Part shown: in pieces, positions 9,123 to 17,965 of the stretch
Layout: every line of letters starts with the position of its first letter
Numbering within the stretch: the stretch's first letter is position 1
Assembly: GCA_951813565.1 (NCBI GenBank)
Contig: OX638351.1
Location: 5,056,001-5,120,000 of the forward strand
Direction of reading: 5' to 3'
DNA length: 64,000 nt
DNA from: an uncultured Poribacteria bacterium
GTDB taxonomy: Bacteria > Poribacteria > WGA-4E > WGA-3G
Position numbers and translations under genes: made by a program
Notes under the pieces: generated by a model
The model's input: only the letters and a program-made list of their open reading frames with translations
Database searches by the model: none
Told to the model about the DNA's origin: nothing

Positions 9123-10280
9123 TCAGAGACTGCCTGCCGAGGCAGGTGTTACGTCTCCTCCTGAAAAGGTTGACGCCCCAACCTTATGAATATTTATAGC
9201 GGCGTTTATATCGCGGTCATGAGAGATTTTGCAGTGATGACAATACCAATCGCGCACACTCAAATTAAAGAACATCTGGATTTGTCCGCAGGCGTGGCAA
9301 ACTTTGCTTGTGGGTGTCCATCTGTCAATCTGCTTGACATGCTTGCATCGTTTTTGTGCTTGCCATTTGATTTTCAGCATGAAATCTCCAAAGGCGTAGT
9401 CAGAGACTTTTCGTCCCCAGAGGCGTTTCATGCCATCAAGGTTCAAGTCTTCAAAGTAGCAGACATCAAACTTTCGGACAAGTTCAAGTGCGAGTTTCCA
9501 GTGATGGTCTTCACGTTGCCGATTGATTTTCCTGTGTACCCGTGCAAGGTCTTTCCTCACACGCTCGCGATTGTTGCTGCCTTTTTGCTTCCGAGACAAC
9601 GCACGACTCGCACGTTTTATCAGTTTAGCAGCAGATTTATAGAATTCAGGAGATTGATATTTTGTGCCATCGGAACAGGTGAGGAAGTGCTTGAGTCCAA
9701 AGTCAAACCCTGCTGTCCTACCAGTCTTAGGTGCAGGCTCAAGTCCCTCAGTGTCTGTTGTGATAGTGATATACCAATCCCCTACAAAGTCTTTCTTAAC
9801 GGTAACCTGTTTGATGTTGCCTTCAATAGGTCGGCTATACCAGAATCGGTACCAGCGTCTATTGATACGGATTTTCGCAACGGGGCAGCCATCTATTTTG
9901 TCAATAGTTTCTATTTTCACTTGGCTACCATCAAAAGTCATAGATTTATATTTATACCGACTTCTAAATTTAGGTGGACGCTTGGCTCTACCTTCAAAGA
10001 AGTTTTGCCAACCTCTGTCAACACGTTGGATACATTCTTGCAAACACCAAGAATACGGAACAGTCCAGTGTTGATATTTAGCAAGTCGTTTCAGTTTCGT
10101 CAGATGTTTAATCATTCTGTAGCAGCTTGGACGCTTATAGTCTTCGCAATGTCCGTAGATGCGATAGTGACGCTGCCACAACGCAACAAAATGGTTATGG
10201 ACATGTGCAATGATATGCAAATCTTTTTGCATAAGACGGTTTCTTTTGTGTTCTTGTCCCTTGTATTTGTAGGTTCGCAT
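9123..10280 (-). CDS. tnpB: RNA-guided endonuclease TnpB
   Basis: MRTYKYK N-terminus; RuvC motifs GFDFGLKHF, FEDLNL, HDRDINAAINI; CHAC/CHHC zinc finger. Confidence 0.92.
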   Translation of the reverse strand: MRTYKYKGQEHKRNRLMQKDLHIIAHVHNHFVALWQRHYRIYGHCEDYKRPSCYRMIKHLTKLKRLAKYQHWTVPYSWCLQECIQRVDRGWQNFFEGRAKRPPKFRSRYKYKSMTFDGSQVKIETIDKIDGCPVAKIRINRRWYRFWYSRPIEGNIKQVTVKKDFVGDWYITITTDTEGLEPAPKTGRTAGFDFGLKHFLTCSDGTKYQSPEFYKSAAKLIKRASRALSRKQKGSNNRERVRKDLARVHRKINRQREDHHWKLALELVRKFDVCYFEDLNLDGMKRLWGRKVSDYAFGDFMLKIKWQAQKRCKHVKQIDRWTPTSKVCHACGQIQMFFNLSVRDWYCHHCKISHDRDINAAINIHKVGASTFSGGDVTPASAGSL

Positions 10281-10294
10281 TACCTATATCCTTC

Positions 10295-10365
10295 GCATTA
10301 CAATGCCAACTTCAAATGGTGCGGTGGCACTCTCAAGCGAGAGGTGAAGTCCACCGCTGTAATGC
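10295..10365 (-). ncRNA. Structured RNA motif, copy 1 (5' leader of tnpB)
   Basis: Three-stem fold with CUC-GCUU-GAG hairpin; begins 7 nt after TTGATT-N17-TATACT; structural homolog at 32727-32801. Confidence 0.55.
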
Positions 10366-10475
10366 TGAATATAGTATACCAAAAACGCAAGGAAAAATCA
10401 ACAAAAAAATGGAGACGTTAGCGGTGTCTACATCCCCGTGCTAAAGCAACGGGGTTTTGACACCGAAGATTGATA

Positions 10476-13244
10476 ATGAACGATTTTAAACAAATACTGT
10501 CAACTATTAGCCGTCCGTTTCAGCAAGAAATCCGAAAAGGCTGCCAAGACGATGTTGTCATAAACGGGATGGGTGCTTATGTGGATCTCTGGGTAGGACA
10601 TGCAAAGGCACTTGAACTCACCGCTGATGAAAAACAGTTTATCAATCAAATCGCTGCACTTTTTGAAAACTATACCGGTATGTCGCCGACAGAACGCCAA
10701 CAGGCTATTCAAAATGCCTCAGAACAGATTAATTCTGCACGCTCCGGTAAGCCAATAATAGATAAAACACCTACAACAAGCAACGCTGAGACGCAACAGT
10801 CCCACACGACAGAGTTAGGGGTGAACGTAGGGAACAAAAAGCCTATCCCCGCACCCTCAAAACAAGTTGAGAACTTACCACTATTTCAAGACGCCGGCGT
10901 TTCTCAGGGGACAACTGCCTCTTCAGAAAATACCCCAATTCCTGAAAAAACGACACCAAGTAACCTCAATCAGACTCGTAACGCTTCCCTATTCCCGCCT
11001 GATACCACCCCTGTGATGCGTTCTGAAGATGTTGAAGACCCAGAGGAAATACCTGTCATACTTGGGGATACACCTGTTTCAACAGATGTTGAGGAACTTG
11101 AATTTCTCAATAATCCGCTGCAATATCTGAAAGGGATTGGACCGCGCCGTGCTGAAATTTTAGCAGAAGAAATCGAAATACGAACAGTGGGTGGATTGTT
11201 AGAATATTATCCACGTGACTACATTGATAGATCCAAAACCGTAGAAATTTACAATGTCGGACGAACAGAAGACGGTGAACCAGAAACGATTCAGGGAAGG
11301 GTTGTTAATCATGTAACAACACCGCCAGTGGCGAAAGGTCGCAAGAGCATTGGTAAGGTCTCAATTTACGATGGCACTGGGGTTGCCGTGTTAGTCAACT
11401 TTGGGCGACGTATCGGCTATATCAAGTCTATACTTCCTACTGATACAGAGGTAGTTATCAGTGGAAAATTCACTCGCCGCTACAATGAAATCCAAACAAC
11501 AGACTATGAATTTGAGGTATTTGACGAAGAAAACCTGATTCACACGAAACGTATCGTGCCGAAATATCCACTCACAGCAAAACTCACAGCGAAAATGCTA
11601 CGGACAGCAGTTCGCAACGCATTGAATGAACATGGCGACAGCATTCCCGAAATTTTACCACTCACACTCCGCCAAAAACACCAGTTGATTGACAGACAGC
11701 AGGCAATTAACGAGATCCATTTTCCCTCTTCAGAAGCACATCAGCAAGCGGCACAGCGGCGGCTTGCGTTCGATGAATTTTTCCTACTCAGTCTCGGAAT
11801 GGAGATGCGTAAAGACAATAGAACTTCACAAAACGGCATCCAATTTGAGATTGAAAGTGCGCTGCAGGACAGCAATTCGCTTCTGAGGAAATTCGTGAGT
11901 TCGTTATCGTTTAAGTTAACCAATGCACAAAAAAGGGTTTTCAATGAGATTCGAGAAGATATGCAAAGTCCGCGGGTGATGAACCGATTGATTCAGGGAG
12001 ATGTCGGTTCGGGTAAAACCGCTGTCGCTGCAATGGCGCTGCTATGTGCGATTGAGAACGGATATCAAGGTGCTTTAATGGTGCCGACCGAAATCCTCGC
12101 AGAGCAACACTATCATAATCTTTCAACACTATTAACACCGCTTAGTGTGAAGGTTGTACTTCTCAAAAGCGACCTACCAAAGTCTGAACGGGAAGAAACT
12201 TTGACTGCAATAACAGATGGCTCTGCCAACCTCATTATTGGCACACAGGCACTGATACAGGAAGGCGTAGATTTTCACAAACTTGGACTCGTTATCATTG
12301 ATGAACAGCACCGTTTCGGAGTAATGCAACGCGCAACACTCAGAGGCAAAGCAAAATCATCTGCATCACAAGAAAATGATGCCGAAGCGCAGCTATCGCC
12401 CGATGTTCTTGTTATGACTGCCACCCCAATTCCGAGAACCCTTTCCCTGACTATTTACGGTGATTTAAATGTATCGGTAATTGATGAGATGCCACCGGGA
12501 AGACAGAAAATTGAAACCCAATGGATAAAAGAGAAAGACAGAACGGAATTCTACGCAAAACTTGAAAAAGAGGTGCACCGTGGGAAACAAGCTTACGTCG
12601 TCTATCCGCTCGTAGAAGAATCAGAAAAACTTGAGGAATTAAAAGCCGCCACAAGTATGGCAGAACATATCCAGAAAGATGTCTTTCCACATCTACGTGT
12701 TGGACTATTGCACGGACAGATGAAGTCTATAGAGAAGCAGGAAGTTATGTCAAGTTTCAATGCGTGTGAGATCGATATCTTAGTTGCAACGACGGTGATT
12801 GAGGTAGGTATTGATGTGCCGAATGCAACGCTGATGGTAATTGAAAACGCGGAACGGTTCGGTTTAGCGCAGTTACATCAGTTGCGTGGCAGGGTCGGCA
12901 GAGGCAGCGATAAATCATTTTGCTACCTTGTTGCAACGCCAAAAACAGATGAGGCATACCGCCGAATTCAGGTGATGGTGCGTTCTAATAACGGATTTGA
13001 AATTGCTGAAGAAGATTTGAATATCCGCGGTCCGGGTGAATTCTTCGGCACACGGCAGTCAGGAATACCCAAATTCAAAATCGCTAATATCATCAGTGAT
13101 GCTGCACTTTTGGAAACAGCGAAAAAAGAGGCGATGCTATTGATAAAAGACGATCCACAGTTAAATAACACTGAACATCAACTGATGAAACGGATGTTAA
13201 ATGCACATTGGAAAGGACATCTGGAGATCGCATCTGTTGGTTAG
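10476..13244 (+). CDS. recG: ATP-dependent DNA helicase RecG with long N-terminal extension
   Basis: LKGIGP, RLAFDE, MNRLIQGDVGSGKT, IDEQHRFG, MTATPIPRTL, QLHQLRGRVGRG, RGPGEFFGTRQSG. Confidence 0.96.
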   Translation: MNDFKQILSTISRPFQQEIRKGCQDDVVINGMGAYVDLWVGHAKALELTADEKQFINQIAALFENYTGMSPTERQQAIQNASEQINSARSGKPIIDKTPTTSNAETQQSHTTELGVNVGNKKPIPAPSKQVENLPLFQDAGVSQGTTASSENTPIPEKTTPSNLNQTRNASLFPPDTTPVMRSEDVEDPEEIPVILGDTPVSTDVEELEFLNNPLQYLKGIGPRRAEILAEEIEIRTVGGLLEYYPRDYIDRSKTVEIYNVGRTEDGEPETIQGRVVNHVTTPPVAKGRKSIGKVSIYDGTGVAVLVNFGRRIGYIKSILPTDTEVVISGKFTRRYNEIQTTDYEFEVFDEENLIHTKRIVPKYPLTAKLTAKMLRTAVRNALNEHGDSIPEILPLTLRQKHQLIDRQQAINEIHFPSSEAHQQAAQRRLAFDEFFLLSLGMEMRKDNRTSQNGIQFEIESALQDSNSLLRKFVSSLSFKLTNAQKRVFNEIREDMQSPRVMNRLIQGDVGSGKTAVAAMALLCAIENGYQGALMVPTEILAEQHYHNLSTLLTPLSVKVVLLKSDLPKSEREETLTAITDGSANLIIGTQALIQEGVDFHKLGLVIIDEQHRFGVMQRATLRGKAKSSASQENDAEAQLSPDVLVMTATPIPRTLSLTIYGDLNVSVIDEMPPGRQKIETQWIKEKDRTEFYAKLEKEVHRGKQAYVVYPLVEESEKLEELKAATSMAEHIQKDVFPHLRVGLLHGQMKSIEKQEVMSSFNACEIDILVATTVIEVGIDVPNATLMVIENAERFGLAQLHQLRGRVGRGSDKSFCYLVATPKTDEAYRRIQVMVRSNNGFEIAEEDLNIRGPGEFFGTRQSGIPKFKIANIISDAALLETAKKEAMLLIKDDPQLNNTEHQLMKRMLNAHWKGHLEIASVG

Positions 13245-13286
13245 TTGTTTGAGAAACACCATAGGCATCAATTAAAGGAAATATCC

Positions 13287-13433
13287 CTTGTAGGAGGGGT
13301 TTTCAACCCCGATTTTAGCACGCCCCTTTCGTACCTCTGGTGCTTTGATTTTGGGTGATATGTATTCTATACACCTTTCACACCGCTGGTGCTGATATAA
13401 GTTTGCTGAAGCCTCGGAGAGGCGACAGGTATA
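13287..13433. repeat. REP-like palindromes
   Basis: TTGTAGGAGGGGTTTTCAACCCCGATT (similar at ~34513 and ~51337) and degenerate GCCCC.GCGGGGCGACAGGT-type units. Confidence 0.6.
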
Positions 13434-13515
13434 TCAAATGATAAACGTTATCCACTAAATTGACGCCTATGGGTATTGATAGAGAAACACATAAGCATCT
13501 TACATTTGAGGAAAA

Positions 13516-14742
13516 ATGGCTCAACAAACAGAAGTTTTAATTGTCGGCGGTGGCATTTGGGGGCTAAGTACCGCCTACCATTTAGCAAAGTTTGGACAAA
13601 AGGACGTTCTTGTTTTGGAACGCAACGAGGCAGTCGCTGCGGAGACGACGCCCCAGGCTGCGGGTCTTGTCGGTCAAATTCGGTCCACGGTTACTATGTT
13701 GCAGGCAATCCGATATGCACTTGAACTGTTCTCTCAGTTTCCGGAAGAAACCGGACATGATACCAGTTTGCGTCGAACTGGGAGTTTGATGGTAGCACTC
13801 ACGCCGGAACGAATGGAGGCTTACACACATCAAATTGAAAGGGCTAACCAAAACGGAATTGAGGCAAACTTTGTTTCCCACGCCGAAATGGCTCGCCTTG
13901 CTCCTGCAATGAATGTGGACAAGATAGAAGGCGGATATTTCGTGCCCAATGACGGATATGTTGATCCACGGCAGTGTGCTCTCGCCTATGCTGCTGCAGC
14001 AAGAGATTTAGGAGTACAAATCCGATTGAATACATCTGTAACAGGATTTCGGCAGCGCAATGGGGAGATCCTGGGAGTAGAGACAGAAAACGGTTTTTTT
14101 ACATCAAATCATGTCGTAATCACTGCTGGACCGTGGGGTGCTGTCCTCTCCGAGAAAGTTGGTGCAACCACGGCGGTACAAACGATCCGTCATCAACGCG
14201 TTCGCACGGTGCCGACTCCCGGAATTCCTAACCATCACCCAGTTGTGCGCGTCACAGATGTCAGTTGCTACCTGAGACCTGACAAAGGTGGTTACCTTTA
14301 CGGGTACTTTGAACCAAAGCCTGTTAGTATTGATTTGCAAGCGATGCCTGCTGACTTCAGGACAGAAGATATTGAACCACCCGTGGATGTTATCACAGAA
14401 GCACGAAAACGGCTTACTCCAATCTTCCCGATTCTGAAAGACTTTGAAATAGCCGAGTATAATAGTGGCATGACAACATTTGCGCCTGATGGTGCTTATC
14501 TGATTGATGCCGTGCCAGGGATTGACCGCCTATACTTAGCCATAGGTTGTGCTGCTTTGGGGATTGCCGGTTCGGCGGCAGTTGGTCGATGGTTGGCGAA
14601 GTGGGTGATCAACGGAGATCCTGGCGAAGATTTAACTGTTTTTTCACACCAACGGTTTGGCACTCAAGCCGCTGATCAAAAATGGTTACGTCAAGAAAGC
14701 GAGCAGTTTTACGCAAACTACTACGGCATCCGCCCAGAATAG
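13516..14742 (+). CDS. FAD-dependent oxidoreductase (DAO / sarcosine dehydrogenase-like)
   Basis: VLIVGGGIWGLSTAYHLA Rossmann motif, TTPQAAG, DGYVDP, TFAPDG. Confidence 0.88.
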   Translation: MAQQTEVLIVGGGIWGLSTAYHLAKFGQKDVLVLERNEAVAAETTPQAAGLVGQIRSTVTMLQAIRYALELFSQFPEETGHDTSLRRTGSLMVALTPERMEAYTHQIERANQNGIEANFVSHAEMARLAPAMNVDKIEGGYFVPNDGYVDPRQCALAYAAAARDLGVQIRLNTSVTGFRQRNGEILGVETENGFFTSNHVVITAGPWGAVLSEKVGATTAVQTIRHQRVRTVPTPGIPNHHPVVRVTDVSCYLRPDKGGYLYGYFEPKPVSIDLQAMPADFRTEDIEPPVDVITEARKRLTPIFPILKDFEIAEYNSGMTTFAPDGAYLIDAVPGIDRLYLAIGCAALGIAGSAAVGRWLAKWVINGDPGEDLTVFSHQRFGTQAADQKWLRQESEQFYANYYGIRPE

Positions 14743-14764
14743 TAATTTCCAATTGCAACCCTTT

Positions 14765-14788
14765 GCTGGCGAGGTTTCCTAACCTCGC
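14765..14788 (+). repeat. REP flanking the RAYT gene
   Basis: GCTGGCGAGGTTTCCTAACCTCGC; inverted copy at 15279-15304, further copies at 51930 and 56948. Confidence 0.8.
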
Positions 14789-14793
14789 TATTT

Positions 14794-15258
14794 TCACCAT
14801 CCCATCTCGTATTTACACCGCCAATACGGATACTCCCGGGCAGTTTTTACCAACCCTTTTCTCACAGGATTCAAGTAACAATAGCGGATCATCTTATTCA
14901 ATGCCGTCTCATCCCGAACCGCCCAATCCCTATACTCGGCTTGCCAGAACCTCCCACACCGTGATAGATGTTTATTGATTTCACGTGCTGTAAACAGTTT
15001 CAGTGAGTGCAAAACCTTTGGAAGTGTTTGTCCGATCCCAAGTTCAATTATGCTATGGACATGGTCGGGCATAATCATGATACAAATCCACCGAATCCGG
15101 TGTTTCGTTTCTAACCAATCAAATGTTTCAAAGATAATTGAGGCGACGTTGTTGTTTGCAAGAAGCGGCAGCCGCTGGTGTGTATTGATTATAATATGGT
15201 AATAGGCACCAGATATTGAAGTCCGGCCTTTACGCAAGTCATGATTTGAAAATTTCAT
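14794..15258 (-). CDS. REP-associated tyrosine transposase (RAYT, Y1 HUH)
   Basis: YYHIIINT, MPDHVH (HUH), LKLFTAR, FWQAEYRD, Y..LNPVRKGLV; flanked by inverted REPs; GGAGG RBS. Confidence 0.88.
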   Translation of the reverse strand: MKFSNHDLRKGRTSISGAYYHIIINTHQRLPLLANNNVASIIFETFDWLETKHRIRWICIMIMPDHVHSIIELGIGQTLPKVLHSLKLFTAREINKHLSRCGRFWQAEYRDWAVRDETALNKMIRYCYLNPVRKGLVKTAREYPYWRCKYEMGW

Positions 15259-15278
15259 GATATTTTCCTCCATCTGCT

Positions 15279-15304
15279 TGGCGAGGTTAGGAAACCTCGC
15301 CAGC
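15279..15304 (-). repeat. REP flanking the RAYT gene (inverted copy)
   Basis: TGGCGAGGTTAGGAAACCTCGCCAGC. Confidence 0.8.
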
Positions 15305-15478
15305 AGCGTGTTATACCAAATTATTCTAAATCATTGGGGCGGGGTCCCACTGAATGCCACAAAGACATTCACAGTGTTGATTTGATGCCCACCCGTGTTT
15401 TCGGTAGTGAAATAATAAAAATCTCGTTAATTTTGGTATGATACGAAGGCCTCATGGAAATTGCATAAACCCTAATTA

Positions 15479-15527
15479 TTACTGCGAAACTGTAATCAAC
15501 CGATACAACTGCAGCACAGTAACAGAA
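15479..15527 (-). repeat. att-like copy 3: diverged duplicate of the 3' end of gene 20216..21184
   Basis: Translates SVTVLQLYRLITVSQ*, versus SVTVPQLYRLITASE* at the gene end. Confidence 0.8.
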
Positions 15528-15567
15528 GACGCCTGGAGGCTAATGTAGACTTTCGGTCAACGGATAC

Positions 15568-16611
15568 CTATTTCTTTAGTGCCCCCCACCTGACTTTTTT
15601 TTTGCCCTGTGGTGAGACAGACAGCACATCATCACTTATCCAATCCAGTGTCCCATCCGTGCCCGGATGGTTTGTTAACCGCGTTATCTCACCTGTCCAA
15701 ATATGATACTTATAGATATTGCACGGTGGGTATACAAAACCGCGCGGCAGCGGTTTGTCCAAAGGGATGCCGACATACGCACCGAAAACGATTGATTCAC
15801 CGTCCTCCATCCAGTCTATACCGTATCCTTCCCAGTCTTTCGGTATTCGGAGTTGCCTGATGTTCCCGCCGTTCCGATCACAAACGATATACCGGAACGC
15901 TTTGTAGACAGGAAAGTTCCCGTCATTCGGTATCGACACGTATTTATACTCTTTTTGTTGAAATACGATCTGCTTACCATCGGGCGACCAGCGCGTTCTC
16001 GATCTATAAGTGGCGAATTCTCCTGGGCCGGGGGCAGGGAGAAGTGGGCGCGGGTTATGACCATCTGCTCCCATAATCCAGATCGTGCTATTGACGCCGA
16101 TTGTCTGTCCCAATGCAAACACAATATGCTTACCATCCGGCGACCAATCACATTGGATACCCCAGATATCCGATATTTGTTCCATCTTCCCCGTCTGAAT
16201 ATTCAGCACGTAGATGCCGCCTTTCAACTCGTCGTTTTTTCGATAAGTCCTACCAAAAACAATAGATGTGCCATCTGGTGAAAATCTGCCGCCGTTGATA
16301 GAACTCCCATCGTTTTCAGTGAGTTGCCGAATGTTTGTGCCATCTGCATTCATCAAGAAAAGAACGTAATTTGCGTTTCTCTTCGCGCGTCTCTTAAACA
16401 GAATCTGTTGACCGTCCGACGACCAAGTGGGGCAACACGGTCTCAACGTTTCAGATTCGGTCAGTGGCGTGATATTGCTGCCATCATCGTCCATAACATA
16501 GATACCGTAGAGACCACCATCATGTCGTGAACTAAAAACGATTTTTGCATCTGCCGCTGTTGACAAAAGCAGTAGCAGCAGACAGAGTAGGCCGGCTTTT
16601 TGGAGGCACAT
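15568..16611 (-). CDS. Secreted TolB-like (PD40) beta-propeller with C-terminal WG.LK tail
   Basis: Signal peptide; repeated WSPDGK.I.F; tail LSVSPQGKKKVRWGALKK. Confidence 0.85.
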   Translation of the reverse strand: MCLQKAGLLCLLLLLLSTAADAKIVFSSRHDGGLYGIYVMDDDGSNITPLTESETLRPCCPTWSSDGQQILFKRRAKRNANYVLFLMNADGTNIRQLTENDGSSINGGRFSPDGTSIVFGRTYRKNDELKGGIYVLNIQTGKMEQISDIWGIQCDWSPDGKHIVFALGQTIGVNSTIWIMGADGHNPRPLLPAPGPGEFATYRSRTRWSPDGKQIVFQQKEYKYVSIPNDGNFPVYKAFRYIVCDRNGGNIRQLRIPKDWEGYGIDWMEDGESIVFGAYVGIPLDKPLPRGFVYPPCNIYKYHIWTGEITRLTNHPGTDGTLDWISDDVLSVSPQGKKKVRWGALKK

Positions 16612-16667
16612 GGTTATTCTCCTTGTAGGGAATGGCAGGGGAATTTATCCCTGCCGTTACATTGGAA

Positions 16668-17511
16668 TTATGGATTATCTACATCCGTAAATTCCTGAAC
16701 ACCGGTATCCGCTTCCCAGTGGTCTTCCTCATGCTGACCAGCTATTTCACCATTCACTTGGAGGTGGGTGTGCGCATCAAAATAAAGCACTTCCTCATCT
16801 CCGATTTGTCTGCCGAGTGAATATTCGACCACCATAGAATCGACGGAATCAGAATGCGTGTCCCCAGACGGAAGATCGTCAAAGACAATTGGTTGGTCAA
16901 GAGGGGGGTCTCTTTTGATCCATTCCTGGGCCCCAGGCCCATTTGCAAGGGTGGTGAACTTCTGCTGTCGGAACCAGGCGGCGGCATCAAGTTCTATATT
17001 GGTGCCGTTATATGCTGAGGCAGAGGCACTCATGACGAAAGACGATCCATCAAAGTAGTGGGCTGAGACTTCTGCATAGCCGTACACACCGGTATTTTCT
17101 CCGATACCTGATGTTACTACCGGTTGGTAGAGTGTTAGGTAATAGGACTCGGTGTCTTCAGAAGGATCTCCATCATTTTCTCGCCAGGCTTCTGCGCGGA
17201 TCTCATACTCTCTACCTTTAACGGTTCCATCATTCAAGTTGTGCCATAAATTAAAATGGGCACTCGTTTTGACTTCATTACCAGAAAAAGTCTGTCCTAT
17301 CAATTCTTCGCCAAAATAAATGTCTATCTGGTCATAGGGTTCATTGGTTTCAACGGACACAGATAAAGATGTACCGCCATCACTTGAAGTATATCCAGAG
17401 GCACTCATCTCCACAATCTCAATATCAGCTTTACTACTATTGACAATACTAACTTAGCAATAGGGAACATATAATTGCTACTGCAATGCCGATTGATTTC
17501 AATCTTAACAT
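16668..17511 (-). pseudogene. Secreted hypothetical protein, paralog of 19050..19850, with a +1 frameshift in the signal peptide
   Basis: ATG at 17511 gives MLRLKSIGIAVAIICSLLLS*; dropping one base near 17454 continues VSIVNSSKADIEIVEMSASG into the 248-aa ORF. Confidence 0.7.
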
Positions 17512-17697
17512 TTTTCTCTCCTTGTAAGGTAATATGCTTTGATAGCATATCGGTTATTTATCGGGTTCCCTATCCTTGTTCGGTAGACCTTCCACCGCTT
17601 AGTAAAGATTTGGGCACCCTTACAACTAAACTATGATTCTTTACATAGTATTAGAAAGGGCACCTATATTGAAATCAATGTTTTGGCTATAACCAAG

Positions 17698-17726
17698 ATT
17701 ATACAACAAATTCCGAACCTATGCAA
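17698..17726 (-). promoter_or_regulatory. Sigma70-type promoter of cassette 1 (identical copy at 20038-20066)
   Basis: TTGCAT-N17-TATAAT on the minus strand. Confidence 0.7.
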
Positions 17727-17876
17727 AATGCTTAACATGGATTTCCAAAACAACGATATATGATACCCTTCATAATGTTAAGACACAGTATTAAGTTGCA
17801 AAGGGGGCATTCCACAAAAAAAAATGAAATTAGGAAAATAAACAGATTCTAATATGCACTTCTGTTTTCAAAAACT

Positions 17877-17925
17877 TTATTCGGAGGCTGTTATCAACCG
17901 ATACAACTGCGGCACGGTAACAGAA
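17877..17925 (-). repeat. att-like copy 2: exact duplicate of the last 49 bp of gene 20216..21184
   Basis: TTATTCGGAGGCTGTTATCAACCGATACAACTGCGGCACGGTAACAGAA is identical to 20216-20264. Confidence 0.9.
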
Positions 17926-17965
17926 GACGCCTGGAGGCTAATGTAGACTTTCGGTCAACGGATAC

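Larger units (their letters stand above)
9082..10472 (-). mobile_element. IS200/IS605-family element, tnpB only (IS1341-like)
   Basis: Left-end hairpin CCCCGTTGCTTTAGCACGGGG downstream of a TTAT target; right-end hairpin followed by terminal TCAA; no tnpA. Confidence 0.85.
15528..17925 (-). mobile_element. Cassette unit 1 (2398 bp): att + promoter + secreted protein + TolB-like gene
   Basis: Flanks nearly identical to unit 2; bounded by att-like direct repeats; no integrase. Confidence 0.6.

Noticed and set aside
9186..10421. 411-aa ORF on the + strand
   Set aside because: Antisense shadow of tnpB with no recognisable motifs.
9082..10472. IStron (group I intron-IS chimera) rescuing recG
   Set aside because: Only ~190 bp of non-coding DNA at the left end, no recognisable group I core, and the element is antisense to recG.
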